This document shows positions 10,077 to 20,248 of a stretch of 32,000 nt of DNA, piece by piece (the stretch's first letter is position 1; every line of letters begins with the position of its first letter). Source of the stretch: Cyanophyceae cyanobacterium (GTDB lineage Bacteria > Cyanobacteriota > Cyanobacteriia > Cyanobacteriales > Laspinemataceae); contig JBBQFN010000004.1 of assembly GCA_038321985.1 (NCBI GenBank), positions 111,029-143,028 of the forward strand. Direction: 5' to 3'. The position numbers and the translations under genes were made by a program. The notes under the pieces are model-generated. The model worked only from the letters and a program-made list of their open reading frames with translations, did not search any database and was not told where the DNA came from.

Positions 10077-12773
10077 ATGTCAACTTCTGCGGAAAAACTT
10101 CATGCCTTTATCACCTACTGTCAGCAACATATCAAAGGGGACGAGAAGGGAGAGGCGCAAGTTTTTTTAGACCGTTTCTTTCGAGCATTTGGTCATGAAG
10201 GTGCGCTAGAAGCAGGTGCGACTTATGAGGAACGAGTTAAAAAAGGCAGTAAAAAAGGGAAAACCGGCTTTGCGGATTTAGTGTGGAAACCTCGGGTTTT
10301 AATTGAAATGAAAAAACGGGGAGAAAAGCTGCATAAACATTATGCTCAAGCGTTCGATTATTGGACAAGATTAGTTCCCGATCGCCCTCGTTATGTCATT
10401 CTCTGCAATTTTGATGAATTCTGGATTTTTGACTTTGATATCCAGCTTGATACTCCCATTGATATTATTACTTTACTCCAATTACCCGAACGTGCCGGTG
10501 CTTTTACGTTCATGGAGTTGGAGAACCGAACCCCGGTTTTTAATAACAATCAAGTTGAAGTAACCGAACGCGCCGCCCGACGCTTAGGAGAGTTATTTGT
10601 AGAACTTAAGAAAACCGGCAATCGTCGCGGATTTAGTGAAGCTGTTGCTCAACGATTTATTCTGCAATGTGTGTTAGCTATGTTTGCAGAAGATAGGGGA
10701 TTATTGCCCCGAGATTTATTTATTTCCTGCGTTCAAAACTGTTTAAATGGGGCAAGTTCCTACGATGTTCTGGGCGGATTGTTTCGAGAAATGAATGCAC
10801 CGGGAATCACCAGTGCAGGACGATATAAAGGGGTAGATTATTTTAATGGGGGCTTATTTTCAGTGATTCATCCCATTGAATTAACCCAGGAAGAGTTACA
10901 ATTTCTCGATGTTTCAGCGAGGGAGGATTGGAGTCAAGTCAGACCCGCAATTTTTGGTAACATCTTCGAGGGTTCTGTGAATCAAACGGAACGTCATACT
11001 TACGGAATTCACTACACCTCAGAAGCGGATATCATGAAAATTGTCCGCCCGACGATTAGTCGCTATTGGGAGGATAGAATCGAAGCGGCAACAACTATTC
11101 CCGAATTGAATGGGTTACAGATGCAATTGCAAAGCTATCGAGTGCTTGACCCCGCTTGTGGTTCGGGTAATTTCCTTTATATTGCCTATCAAGAATTGAA
11201 GCGCATCGAACAGCTATTACTCGAAAAAATAGCGGACCGTCGTAAGTCTCCTCGGGAACAATTGGAAATCGGTTTTGTGACGCCGCTACAGTTTTATGGC
11301 ATGGATACTAATCCCTTTGCGGTGGAGTTGGCAAGGGTGACCCTGGCGATCGCCCGCAAGGTTGCGATCGATAAGTTTGGCCTGACGGAAGACCCTTTAC
11401 CCCTAGATACCTTAGATAAAAATATCGTCTGCCAAGATGCTTTATTTGCCGAATGGCCGAAAGTAAACGCTATTATTGGAAATCCCCCCTTTTTAGGCGG
11501 TAAAAATTTAAGAATCAACTTAGGGGATGACTACATTGATCGCGTCTTTGGTCGCTTTCCAAATGTTAAAGATTCGGTTGATTTCTGTGCATATTGGTTC
11601 CGGTTATCTCATGACAACCTCAACGATACAGGTCGGGCGGGATTAGTTGGCACTAACTCGGTCAGTCAGGGAAAAAGCCGCACTGCAACTTTAGAATATA
11701 TTACCCAAAATGGCGGTTATATTCATGAAGCTGTTTCTTCCCAACCTTGGTCCGGTGAGGCCAAGGTTCATGTCAGCCTCATTAATTGGATGAAGGAAGA
11801 ACCTCATCAATATTATTTAGATAATAGTCTCGTTTCTTCCATCAATTCTTCTTTACAATCTACCATTGATGTATCTCAAGCAGTCAGACTGAATGCTAAT
11901 AAAAATCGCTGTTTTCAAGGAGTAATTCCTGTGGGAAAAGGTTTTATTGTCAGTGAACAACAAGTCAAAAATTGGATTCAAGCGAATCCAAAAAATAAAG
12001 AGGTTCTCAAACTTTTTTCAATGGGCGCAAATTTAGCTAAAAATAGCCACGGTAAACCGGATCGTTGGATTATTGATTTTAGTAATATGCCAATTGAAGA
12101 GGCAAGCGATTATAATTTACCATTTCAACATATCGAAACTGATGTTAAGCCCGAACGGGAAAAAAATCGAGAAGCCGTTATGCGGGAAAAATGGTGGAGA
12201 TTCAAAAGAACTAATGAGGCAATGAGAAAGGAGATCGCCTCTCTTTCTCATTATTTTACTGTTCCCCGAGTATCAAAATGGGCCGTATTTATTCCATCTC
12301 CGTTAAATTGGCTACCGGGCGATAAATCTGTAGTGGTTGCCTCGGATGATTTTTATGTGTTTGGAATTTTAACCTCAATTATCCATCGAACTTGGATGCA
12401 CGCGCAAAAATCAACCCTAAAATCTGATATCGCCTACACTCACAACACCTGCTTTGAAAGATTCCCCTTTCCCCAAACACCTGACCCCAAACTGGTTAAA
12501 TCCATTCGCGACACTGCACAAAAACTTCATGATTATCGCACCCAACAAATGGAATCTAAACAATTTGGAATTACTCAACTGTATAATAAATTCTTTCACG
12601 AACCCACCAGCCAACTGTTTAAACTACACGCACAACTGGATAACCTAGTGATGGAAGCCTATCGCTTCCAACCAACGGATGATATTTTAGAAAAATTGCT
12701 AAAATTAAATATAGAATTAGCCGACAAAGAATCCCGAGGTGAGTTTGTTTTAGGACCCCAGGCACCGGATTAA
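10077..12773 (+). CDS. MmeI-family Type IIL restriction-modification enzyme (fused PD-(D/E)XK nuclease, N6-adenine methyltransferase and TRD)
   Basis: The protein is colinear with MmeI as I recall it. The N-terminal nuclease segment GFADLVWKPRVLIEMKKRG carries D67, E77 and K79. Further matches are RFILQCVLAMFAEDRGLLP, DWSQVRPAIFGNIFEGS and GIHYTSEADIMKIVRP. The SAM motif I is VLDPACGSGNFLY and the catalytic motif IV is IIGNPPFLGGK (NPPF at 11481-11492). A long C-terminal TRD-like region follows. Confidence 0.9.
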   Translation: MSTSAEKLHAFITYCQQHIKGDEKGEAQVFLDRFFRAFGHEGALEAGATYEERVKKGSKKGKTGFADLVWKPRVLIEMKKRGEKLHKHYAQAFDYWTRLVPDRPRYVILCNFDEFWIFDFDIQLDTPIDIITLLQLPERAGAFTFMELENRTPVFNNNQVEVTERAARRLGELFVELKKTGNRRGFSEAVAQRFILQCVLAMFAEDRGLLPRDLFISCVQNCLNGASSYDVLGGLFREMNAPGITSAGRYKGVDYFNGGLFSVIHPIELTQEELQFLDVSAREDWSQVRPAIFGNIFEGSVNQTERHTYGIHYTSEADIMKIVRPTISRYWEDRIEAATTIPELNGLQMQLQSYRVLDPACGSGNFLYIAYQELKRIEQLLLEKIADRRKSPREQLEIGFVTPLQFYGMDTNPFAVELARVTLAIARKVAIDKFGLTEDPLPLDTLDKNIVCQDALFAEWPKVNAIIGNPPFLGGKNLRINLGDDYIDRVFGRFPNVKDSVDFCAYWFRLSHDNLNDTGRAGLVGTNSVSQGKSRTATLEYITQNGGYIHEAVSSQPWSGEAKVHVSLINWMKEEPHQYYLDNSLVSSINSSLQSTIDVSQAVRLNANKNRCFQGVIPVGKGFIVSEQQVKNWIQANPKNKEVLKLFSMGANLAKNSHGKPDRWIIDFSNMPIEEASDYNLPFQHIETDVKPEREKNREAVMREKWWRFKRTNEAMRKEIASLSHYFTVPRVSKWAVFIPSPLNWLPGDKSVVVASDDFYVFGILTSIIHRTWMHAQKSTLKSDIAYTHNTCFERFPFPQTPDPKLVKSIRDTAQKLHDYRTQQMESKQFGITQLYNKFFHEPTSQLFKLHAQLDNLVMEAYRFQPTDDILEKLLKLNIELADKESRGEFVLGPQAPD

Positions 12774-12821
12774 ATAAAACCGAATCATGGTAAACTAGAG
12801 AGCCGATCGCCATTCTCAGGT

Positions 12822-14114
12822 ATGAACCCCCAAACTAGACCGATTGCTGTAGATCTATTTGCCGGTGCAGGGGGGATGACCCTCGGGTTTGAACAGGCGG
12901 GCTTTGATGTACTGGCGGCAGTGGAAATTGACCCGATCCACTGCGCTACCCATAAATATAATTTTCCGCAATGGAAGGTGTTGTGTACAAGTCTGGTAGA
13001 GGCAACTGGGGAAGAGATTAGAAACCAGTCTAAAATCGGCAGCCGCGAGATTGATGTAGTCTGTGGAGGTCCCCCATGTCAAGGGTTTTCCCTGATGGGT
13101 AAACGCGCTTTAGATGACCCGCGCAATTCCCTGGTTTTTCACTTCATCCGCATCGTTACCGAACTCCAACCCAAGTATTTTGTAATGGAAAATGTTCGGG
13201 GATTAACGATCGGTCCACATAAGCAGCTTTTAGAAGAAGTTATTGATAAATTTCACCACTGCGGTTATCAAGTTCTTACCCCTTATCAAGTGCTTAACTC
13301 AGCTTATTATGGCGTTCCCCAAAATCGAGAACGGCTATTTTTAATCGGATGTCGTCAGGAATTCTCTTTACCTGACTATCCCCACCCGACAACCAACCCT
13401 CCCGGATGCAAATTACCACTATCTAATCTTCCTTCAACTCCAACAGTTCGGGAAGCAATTCAAGATTTGCCTGTGGTGGAAAAGTATCCCGAATTATGCG
13501 ATCGCGACTGGATTTCTTACGCATACCAACCCACAAGTGATTACGGAACTCAAATGCAGGGAGTCTCCGCACCTCCTCACAATTATGCTTATCCCCGTCA
13601 CTGGGATAGCCGTATTCTCACCGGCAACCATCGCACCCACCACTCCGAGTTATCGATCGCCCGCTTTGCTGCCGCCCTTCCCGGCAAATCCGAACCCATC
13701 AGCCGCTTTCACAAGCTGGATCCTAATGGTTTGTGTAATACTTTAAGAGCAGGAACCCCCAGTAATCGCGGTGCCTACACTTCCCCTCGTCCCATTCATC
13801 CCTTCCAACCCCGTTGTATTACAGTTCGGGAGGCGGCGAGACTGCACTCTTACCCGGATTGGTTTCGCTTCCATATCACAAAATGGCACGGGTTCCGCCA
13901 AATTGGGAATTCTGTTCCCCCACTTTTAGCCGAAGCCGTTGCCGCAGAGATTATCCGTAGTTTAGGGAGTGTTGCGATCGCCCCCTCTCAGCCAATATCC
14001 CTGGAAAATCCCGAGTTACTAGAACTCACCATGTCTGCTGCCGCAGCAAAGTATCAGGTTGATCCACACACCATCGAACCGCGATCGCGCCGAACCCCAC
14101 AAAGTAGTCAATAG
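12822..14114 (+). CDS. DNA (cytosine-5) methyltransferase
   Basis: All canonical C5-MTase motifs are present in order: I DLFAGAGGMTLGF, IV GGPPCQGFS (catalytic Cys codon at 13077-13079), VI FVMENVRGL, VIII QNRERLFLIG, IX TVREAARLHSYPDWF and X GNSVPPLL. A variable TRD lies between VIII and IX. The gene starts 48 bp after the MmeI-like stop. Confidence 0.93.
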   Translation: MNPQTRPIAVDLFAGAGGMTLGFEQAGFDVLAAVEIDPIHCATHKYNFPQWKVLCTSLVEATGEEIRNQSKIGSREIDVVCGGPPCQGFSLMGKRALDDPRNSLVFHFIRIVTELQPKYFVMENVRGLTIGPHKQLLEEVIDKFHHCGYQVLTPYQVLNSAYYGVPQNRERLFLIGCRQEFSLPDYPHPTTNPPGCKLPLSNLPSTPTVREAIQDLPVVEKYPELCDRDWISYAYQPTSDYGTQMQGVSAPPHNYAYPRHWDSRILTGNHRTHHSELSIARFAAALPGKSEPISRFHKLDPNGLCNTLRAGTPSNRGAYTSPRPIHPFQPRCITVREAARLHSYPDWFRFHITKWHGFRQIGNSVPPLLAEAVAAEIIRSLGSVAIAPSQPISLENPELLELTMSAAAAKYQVDPHTIEPRSRRTPQSSQ

Positions 14115-14357
14115 ATACCTTAATAGCTTCACTCTCGAAACCCACTCCCTTCGTTTACCCTGAAAAGCTACTCCGAGAATGTAATGATTTCAAGTCCAGT
14201 TAATCAGTCCTAAAAAAGCATCTTCTGAACAAAGCATAGATTCCCAAGGCAAGCGGGATATCACCAAACTTGGAAATTATAGAGTCCTTCTGGACTGCTT
14301 TCTATACAAATCCCTACAGTGTGTTTCTCTGAAAATACGGAGGCGATCCATCTGATA

Positions 14358-14467
14358 TATATAACGTTTCTTAAGCTATTGAGGTTCGGTTTTGGGGTCA
14401 AAGTCCCCCTTTTGAAGGGGGATTTAGGGGGATCGTCCGGATTTCACGAGACCAAAAACCGCTATAT
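14358..14467 (-). mobile_element. MITE-like 110-bp dispersed repeat, copy B (inverted relative to copy A)
   Basis: Its reverse complement matches 3970-4079 with about 3 mismatches and has the same TIRs and central hairpin. It generates the spurious track ORF 14319..14600, which carries the same LKLLRFG.GVKVPLLKGDLGGSSGFHETKNRYI peptide. Confidence 0.75.
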
Positions 14468-14548
14468 AACCGTCCCCGATCGAGAAGTTCCTACATTTAG
14501 GGCTATATTCCTTTTGATTAGGGGAAACCGCGCAGAAAACAGAATCCT

Positions 14549-14568
14549 GCCCTCGCTTGTTCGAGGGC
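14549..14568 (-). terminator. Possible terminator hairpin downstream of the response-regulator gene
   Basis: GCCCTCG, a 6-nt loop, then CGAGGGC, about 50 nt after the stop. On the minus strand it is followed by AGGATTCTGTTTTCTG. Confidence 0.4.
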
Positions 14569-14618
14569 ATCAGTTTATTGAGGGTTACTCTACACCCTGA
14601 CGCCACCCTATGATAGGA

Positions 14619-14981
14619 TCAGCGCAGAAGTTGTTTGATGGTCTGAATCAGTTCCGCTGGACGAAATGGTTTCGTGATGTAGGCATCCGCTCCTTGTTTC
14701 ATACCCCAATACCGATCAAATTCTTGACTTTTGCTGGTACACATGATCACGGGAATATTCTGGGCTTTCGGATCATTTTTTAACCATCGACAAAGTTCGT
14801 AGCCGTTCATTCTGGGCATGACAATATCGGTGACGACTAAATCCGGAGCCTTGGCTTGAATTTGTTCTTTGGCTTCTACTCCATCGGATGCTTCAATCAC
14901 TTCTAAACCGCTTTTTTTCAAAATGTCCGATACCATTTCTCGGACCGTGCCGCTATCATCCACAATTAGAATTATACTCAT
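14619..14981 (-). CDS. Single-domain CheY-like response regulator
   Basis: 120 aa. The acidic pocket is ILIVDDS and the phospho-acceptor context is DLVVTDIVMPRMNGYEL. Conserved T/S (IMCTSKS) and K (ADAYITKPF) are present. There is no output domain. Confidence 0.9.
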   Translation of the reverse strand: MSIILIVDDSGTVREMVSDILKKSGLEVIEASDGVEAKEQIQAKAPDLVVTDIVMPRMNGYELCRWLKNDPKAQNIPVIMCTSKSQEFDRYWGMKQGADAYITKPFRPAELIQTIKQLLR

Positions 14982-15169
14982 CGCTCCCTCCGTAATTTTT
15001 GGTTCTAAAGGTTTGGCGTATAATTCATCTTTCTTTTAATGCCAAAATTCCTTTGGCAAGGTGAGTGAATTATTAAGAGTAAACCCATAAAACTTAACAA
15101 GTTGATAATAATGGTTATTCTCTAGGGTCATAGATGGTCTGTCCTTAGATTGTCCTGATCGCTACTCCT

Positions 15170-15212
15170 TATTTATATGATGACTGTGATCTGTATTTAT
15201 ATGGCTGTGATC
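15170..15212. repeat. Tandem direct repeat TATTTATATG(ATG)(A/G)CTGTGATC x2 in a divergent promoter region
   Basis: Copy 1 is at 15170-15191 and copy 2 at 15194-15212. They are identical apart from a 3-nt indel and one substitution, with a period of 24 bp. The pair lies about 190 bp upstream of the response-regulator start. Confidence 0.55.
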
Positions 15213-15540
15213 GGTTCAAACCCGCTCGGTCTAGTTACGGGATGCACCACTTCGTGACCTCTTGATCTGAAATGGAACTCCCCCGGGGAAGGGTATCCCT
15301 TTGCCCAAGGTTACTGGTATTGGATCAGCCTTGGTTCGGCCAGGGTGCGGTTTGACAACTGGACTAGAGGGTGAGCGAGACCGTTACCGTAGGAATCGAT
15401 CGCCTAGAACGGGTATGAGCAACCCTCCGTCTTTTTGCGATCGCTTCCTTAGATCAGGGTTCGTTAAAACCCAAAGGATCTCTATCATCGCACGGGCCAA
15501 CCTCTGTGCGATCGCCAAATTCTGTTGAACAGACAGTCAA

Positions 15541-15907
15541 GACTAATGTCCCCCGGGGCTCATTGAATTGGGCCGGAAAATTTCTAAACCGCTTCAACCT
15601 GACTTGACTAGACCAATCTGCCGGATCAAGCGGGTCACACGGGTGGCCGATCCAAGCAGACTACCCAATCAACCGCAGATTATATCATTGAATTTAGGGC
15701 CATCGACTAGAGGGCCGGGGGGATTTTCCTTGATCACAAGGGATTTAAAAGGGGACAGATCACCCTAATTCAAGGTTCTCCCCCTGTGACTAATGTAAAG
15801 TTGGGATGAGTTGAGTTGCAGGGGCTGGAAGGGTGAACCCCTAGGGCCGGGGGAATTTTACATCGCAATTTAGCAAACTACGATTGTCAAACTGTGATTT
15901 GACTCAG
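15541..15907. repeat. Degenerate repeated modules (GACTAATGT ... GGGCCGG(GGG)AATTTT ... TGAYTTGACTMAG)
   Basis: GACTAATGT occurs at 15541-15549 and 15788-15796. GGGCCGG-type boxes occur at 15570-15585, 15722-15739 and 15844-15861. TCATTGAATT precedes two of those boxes. TGACTTGACTAG is at 15600-15611 and TGATTTGACTCAG at 15895-15907. The order is conserved and the spacing is variable. Confidence 0.45.
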
Positions 15908-16140
15908 AAAAAGCCGAGGTTGCCCTCTGGGGAAAAGTGTAGATACTCAATTGTTAAGAAGTTATCCGTGTTGCCCGAGGAGATCACAGAATGAGATCGG
16001 CGATCGCCAACGGGTCTGTACAATGTTATTTTGCAAAAAGGACGTTAAAAAGGAAAATGTAACAGTTTGCAAAGGTATAATGAGAGGCATCTCAAAAAAC
16101 TTAACACTATCTTAAAGAATCTCAACAAGGGGATGATTAA

Positions 16141-17526
<1,386 letters not shown>

Positions 17527-17551
17527 TAATTTTAGAATTTAGATATTAGTA

Positions 17552-18559
17552 GTGGCCTACAACTCAAAATCCCTGAATTCCCAACCCAGAATTCTGGCAT
17601 CTAAAGACGCTCCCTGCTTGCAACCAATGCTGCAACTGTCCGAACAACCACGCATGAAAACGCTGGCTTCCTTAGACGACGCTTATGAGCTCTGTCGCCA
17701 AATCACAGCGAAATATGCCCGCACTTTTTACCTGGGTACGCTGTTGATGCCAGAAGCGAAACGGCGGGCTATTTGGGCGATATACGCTTGGTGCCGTCGC
17801 ACAGATGAACTGGTGGATGGACCTGGGGCGCGGTTCACCACCCCAGAAACCTTAGATCTGTGGGAGGGTTACCTCGAATCGATTTTTGCAGGCACTCCCA
17901 TTGAAGATTCTGATGTGGCAATGGTGGATACGGTGAAACGCTTTTCCCTGGATATCCAGCCCTTTCGGGATATGATTTCGGGGCAACGCATGGATCTGGA
18001 GCGCTGCCGCTATCAAACCTTTGAGGAACTTGAGCTGTACTGCTACCGAGTGGCAGGCACTGTGGGCTTAATGTCGTTACCTGTCATGGGAATCGCGCCT
18101 GTGGTCCGCTCATCCCCTTGGGAACGAGAGAATTCCGAACCTTCGGACCCCTCATCTGAGGCCGTTGCCCTGGGTATTGCTAATCAGCTCACCAATATTC
18201 TGCGGGATGTCGGCGAAGATGCTCGGCGAGGTCGGATTTATCTGCCCCTGGAGGAACTGGCTTTATTTGACTACACCGAAGAGGACCTCTTGAACGGGGT
18301 AGTTGATGAGCGCTGGCAGGAACTGATGCGCTTCCAAATTCAACGCGCTCGTAAGTTCTATGTCACCGCAGAAAAGGGTATTCTCGCCCTGAATCCAGAT
18401 GCTCGGTGGCCCGTTTGGTCCGCCAGTATGCTTTATAGCCAAATTCTTGATGTAATCGAGCGCAATGAATACGATGTATTTAGTCAGCGTGCGGTTGTTC
18501 CGCGTTTTCGGAAGATGCTGTCTTTGCCGCTAGCATGGCTGAGGGCGCAAGCGTTATAA
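17552..18559 (+). CDS. crtB: Phytoene synthase
   Basis: Squalene/phytoene synthase signatures are YAWCRRTDELVDG (first Asp-rich region), YCYRVAGTVGLM and NILRDVGEDARRGRIYLP. The start is uncertain. The track uses GTG at 17552, while ATG at 17627 (MLQLSEQP...) would give a more typical ~310 aa. Confidence 0.9.
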   Translation: MAYNSKSLNSQPRILASKDAPCLQPMLQLSEQPRMKTLASLDDAYELCRQITAKYARTFYLGTLLMPEAKRRAIWAIYAWCRRTDELVDGPGARFTTPETLDLWEGYLESIFAGTPIEDSDVAMVDTVKRFSLDIQPFRDMISGQRMDLERCRYQTFEELELYCYRVAGTVGLMSLPVMGIAPVVRSSPWERENSEPSDPSSEAVALGIANQLTNILRDVGEDARRGRIYLPLEELALFDYTEEDLLNGVVDERWQELMRFQIQRARKFYVTAEKGILALNPDARWPVWSASMLYSQILDVIERNEYDVFSQRAVVPRFRKMLSLPLAWLRAQAL

Positions 18560-18630
18560 GTGAACCCGGTTTAGAGACTCTCGGCGATCGCATTCAGAAG
18601 CGACCCCAACCCAGGGATCAATTGAACACA

Positions 18631-18675
18631 AAAAAGGGAAGTTTAGCTGCTTAGGCCAAACTTCCCTTTTTGTTG
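18631..18675 (+). terminator. Rho-independent terminator after crtB
   Basis: AAAAAGGGAAGTTT (18631-18644), a 13-nt loop, then AAACTTCCCTTTTT (18658-18671), followed by TGTTG. The A-tract/T-tract symmetry makes it potentially bidirectional. Confidence 0.7.
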
Positions 18676-19030
18676 CAACATTCTCTGAAGACAAAAAATA
18701 GTGACGCTTGTTTCCGACATAGCCCGGTTGTGGTCACAAGGGAAACCCAGGCTTTTGGGTCTTAATTTACCTCTTTCGGAAGATGACAAAGGCGGAAAAA
18801 TCTGTTGATATCAGTACAATAGCAACCCAAAATATTTTTATATGAGCTATTAGCAATTCTCTCTCGTTCGTGGGGTGCGATCGGGTTAATTGCTGCGCCT
18901 GAGGCGATGCTTTAAAGATTAGCCTAAACCCAGCAAGTGATCCAAGTTACCGACTTTTCGGGCGGATAGGCTATATCATAGATTACAGGAAATTTATATT
19001 TCTTAACAAATATTAAAGATATAAAAAAGT

Positions 19031-20098
19031 ATGGCCTCTATGACTCTCTTAAGCGAGCTGCCCAAACTGGTAATTCAGCCCAATGATCCGGACACGCAGA
19101 CTTGTCTTGCTAAGCTGGGATTTCAACCCGTGCCCACGGTCCCCGTACTTCTGTATCGGATCGTCACCAAAAGCCAACTGAAGGAGACATTCTGGCAGTT
19201 GAGCAACCTACTGGGAGAGACCGCTCAAGCCGCTTCTCGCTTCTATGTGACTCAGTTATCCTTGGATTCGCCGGATCTGCTGTTGAACTTTCTCAAAGCG
19301 CAGCCTCTGGTATCAATCACCAATTCGATCAAATATGCTTGGTTTTTGCGACTCCTGGCCCAAAAAGAGCTGTTTTTTAAATATCAACCTATTTTTTCCC
19401 TGAAATCCGGGGAGATTTCCGCTTATGAATGTCTTGCTCGTGCCTTTGGCGATCGCGGAGAGTGCTACAGTGGCGGCAACTTAATTGAGGCGGCAATTTC
19501 CACCGAGTTATCCCAGGAATTTGACGAACTGGCCCGGACAACTTGTATCGACTCCATTGCCAAGTTTCCTACGGATTGCCGCTTTTTTGTAAACATTTTA
19601 CCGAATGCTATCATTCATAATCCTGAATCAGTGGAACAGAATTTACAACAAATTCTAGACTTAGGCTTGCGCCCGGAACAAATCGTTTTTGAGTTAACTG
19701 AAGTGGAAGTTTTAGCGCAAAGCGACAAACTCCCACAGCTTATCGAAAAGATTCGGACCTGGGGATTTGGAATTGCCGTTGATGATTTGTGTGGTTGTGT
19801 CTCTGTGGATCACTATGCAATGGAATTGAGGCCGGATATTGTCAAATTAGACCGCCGCTTGATCCACGGCTGTAGCCAGTTCACCCTCAAACAGACTTTA
19901 ATCAAGAGTTTGCTAGAGTCGGCTCACTCGGAGGGAATTCTGGTTTTAGCAGAAGGCTTAGAAACGAGCCAAGATATCCAATTTTGCCAGGATTTAGGGG
20001 TAGATTTTGGCCAAGGATTTGGTTTAGCTCGTCCAGAGGCTTACCTCCAGCAACAGCCGTTTGAGCCGTTTGATTTAGGGATGTCTAAAGCCTCTTAG
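19031..20098 (+). CDS. EAL-domain protein (putative c-di-GMP phosphodiesterase) with an unassigned ~115-aa N-terminal domain
   Basis: EAL-family residues occur in order: YQPIFSL...YECLAR, FVNILP, FELTE, AVDDLCGC, DIVKLD, LAEGLET and GQGFGLARP. No GGDEF domain is present. Confidence 0.85.
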   Translation: MASMTLLSELPKLVIQPNDPDTQTCLAKLGFQPVPTVPVLLYRIVTKSQLKETFWQLSNLLGETAQAASRFYVTQLSLDSPDLLLNFLKAQPLVSITNSIKYAWFLRLLAQKELFFKYQPIFSLKSGEISAYECLARAFGDRGECYSGGNLIEAAISTELSQEFDELARTTCIDSIAKFPTDCRFFVNILPNAIIHNPESVEQNLQQILDLGLRPEQIVFELTEVEVLAQSDKLPQLIEKIRTWGFGIAVDDLCGCVSVDHYAMELRPDIVKLDRRLIHGCSQFTLKQTLIKSLLESAHSEGILVLAEGLETSQDIQFCQDLGVDFGQGFGLARPEAYLQQQPFEPFDLGMSKAS

Positions 20099-20248
20099 GT
20101 TTAGGCGATCGCCTCTTTTTTAATTTCTCTTCCGACTTATACAGGATGCCAACCCATTTGGGGGGATTGTGATCAAACTCCCCTAGGCGATCGCGGCCAA
20201 GATTTTCTTTTTATGACTTCTCCAAACCCAAAAAAATGACAAAAAGGA

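Noticed and set aside
15212-15226. A tRNA T-arm-like string CGGTTCAAACCCG.
   Set aside because: Its flanks cannot be folded into acceptor, D and anticodon arms. The stem is imperfect, and no other tRNA-like T-loop was seen in the window.
15301-15768. Track ORFs 15301..15528 (75 aa, non-ATG start) and 15568..15768 (66 aa) in the pds upstream region.
   Set aside because: They have Arg/Pro/Gly-rich improbable sequences, non-canonical starts, no SD, and fall in repeat-containing GC-rich non-coding DNA.
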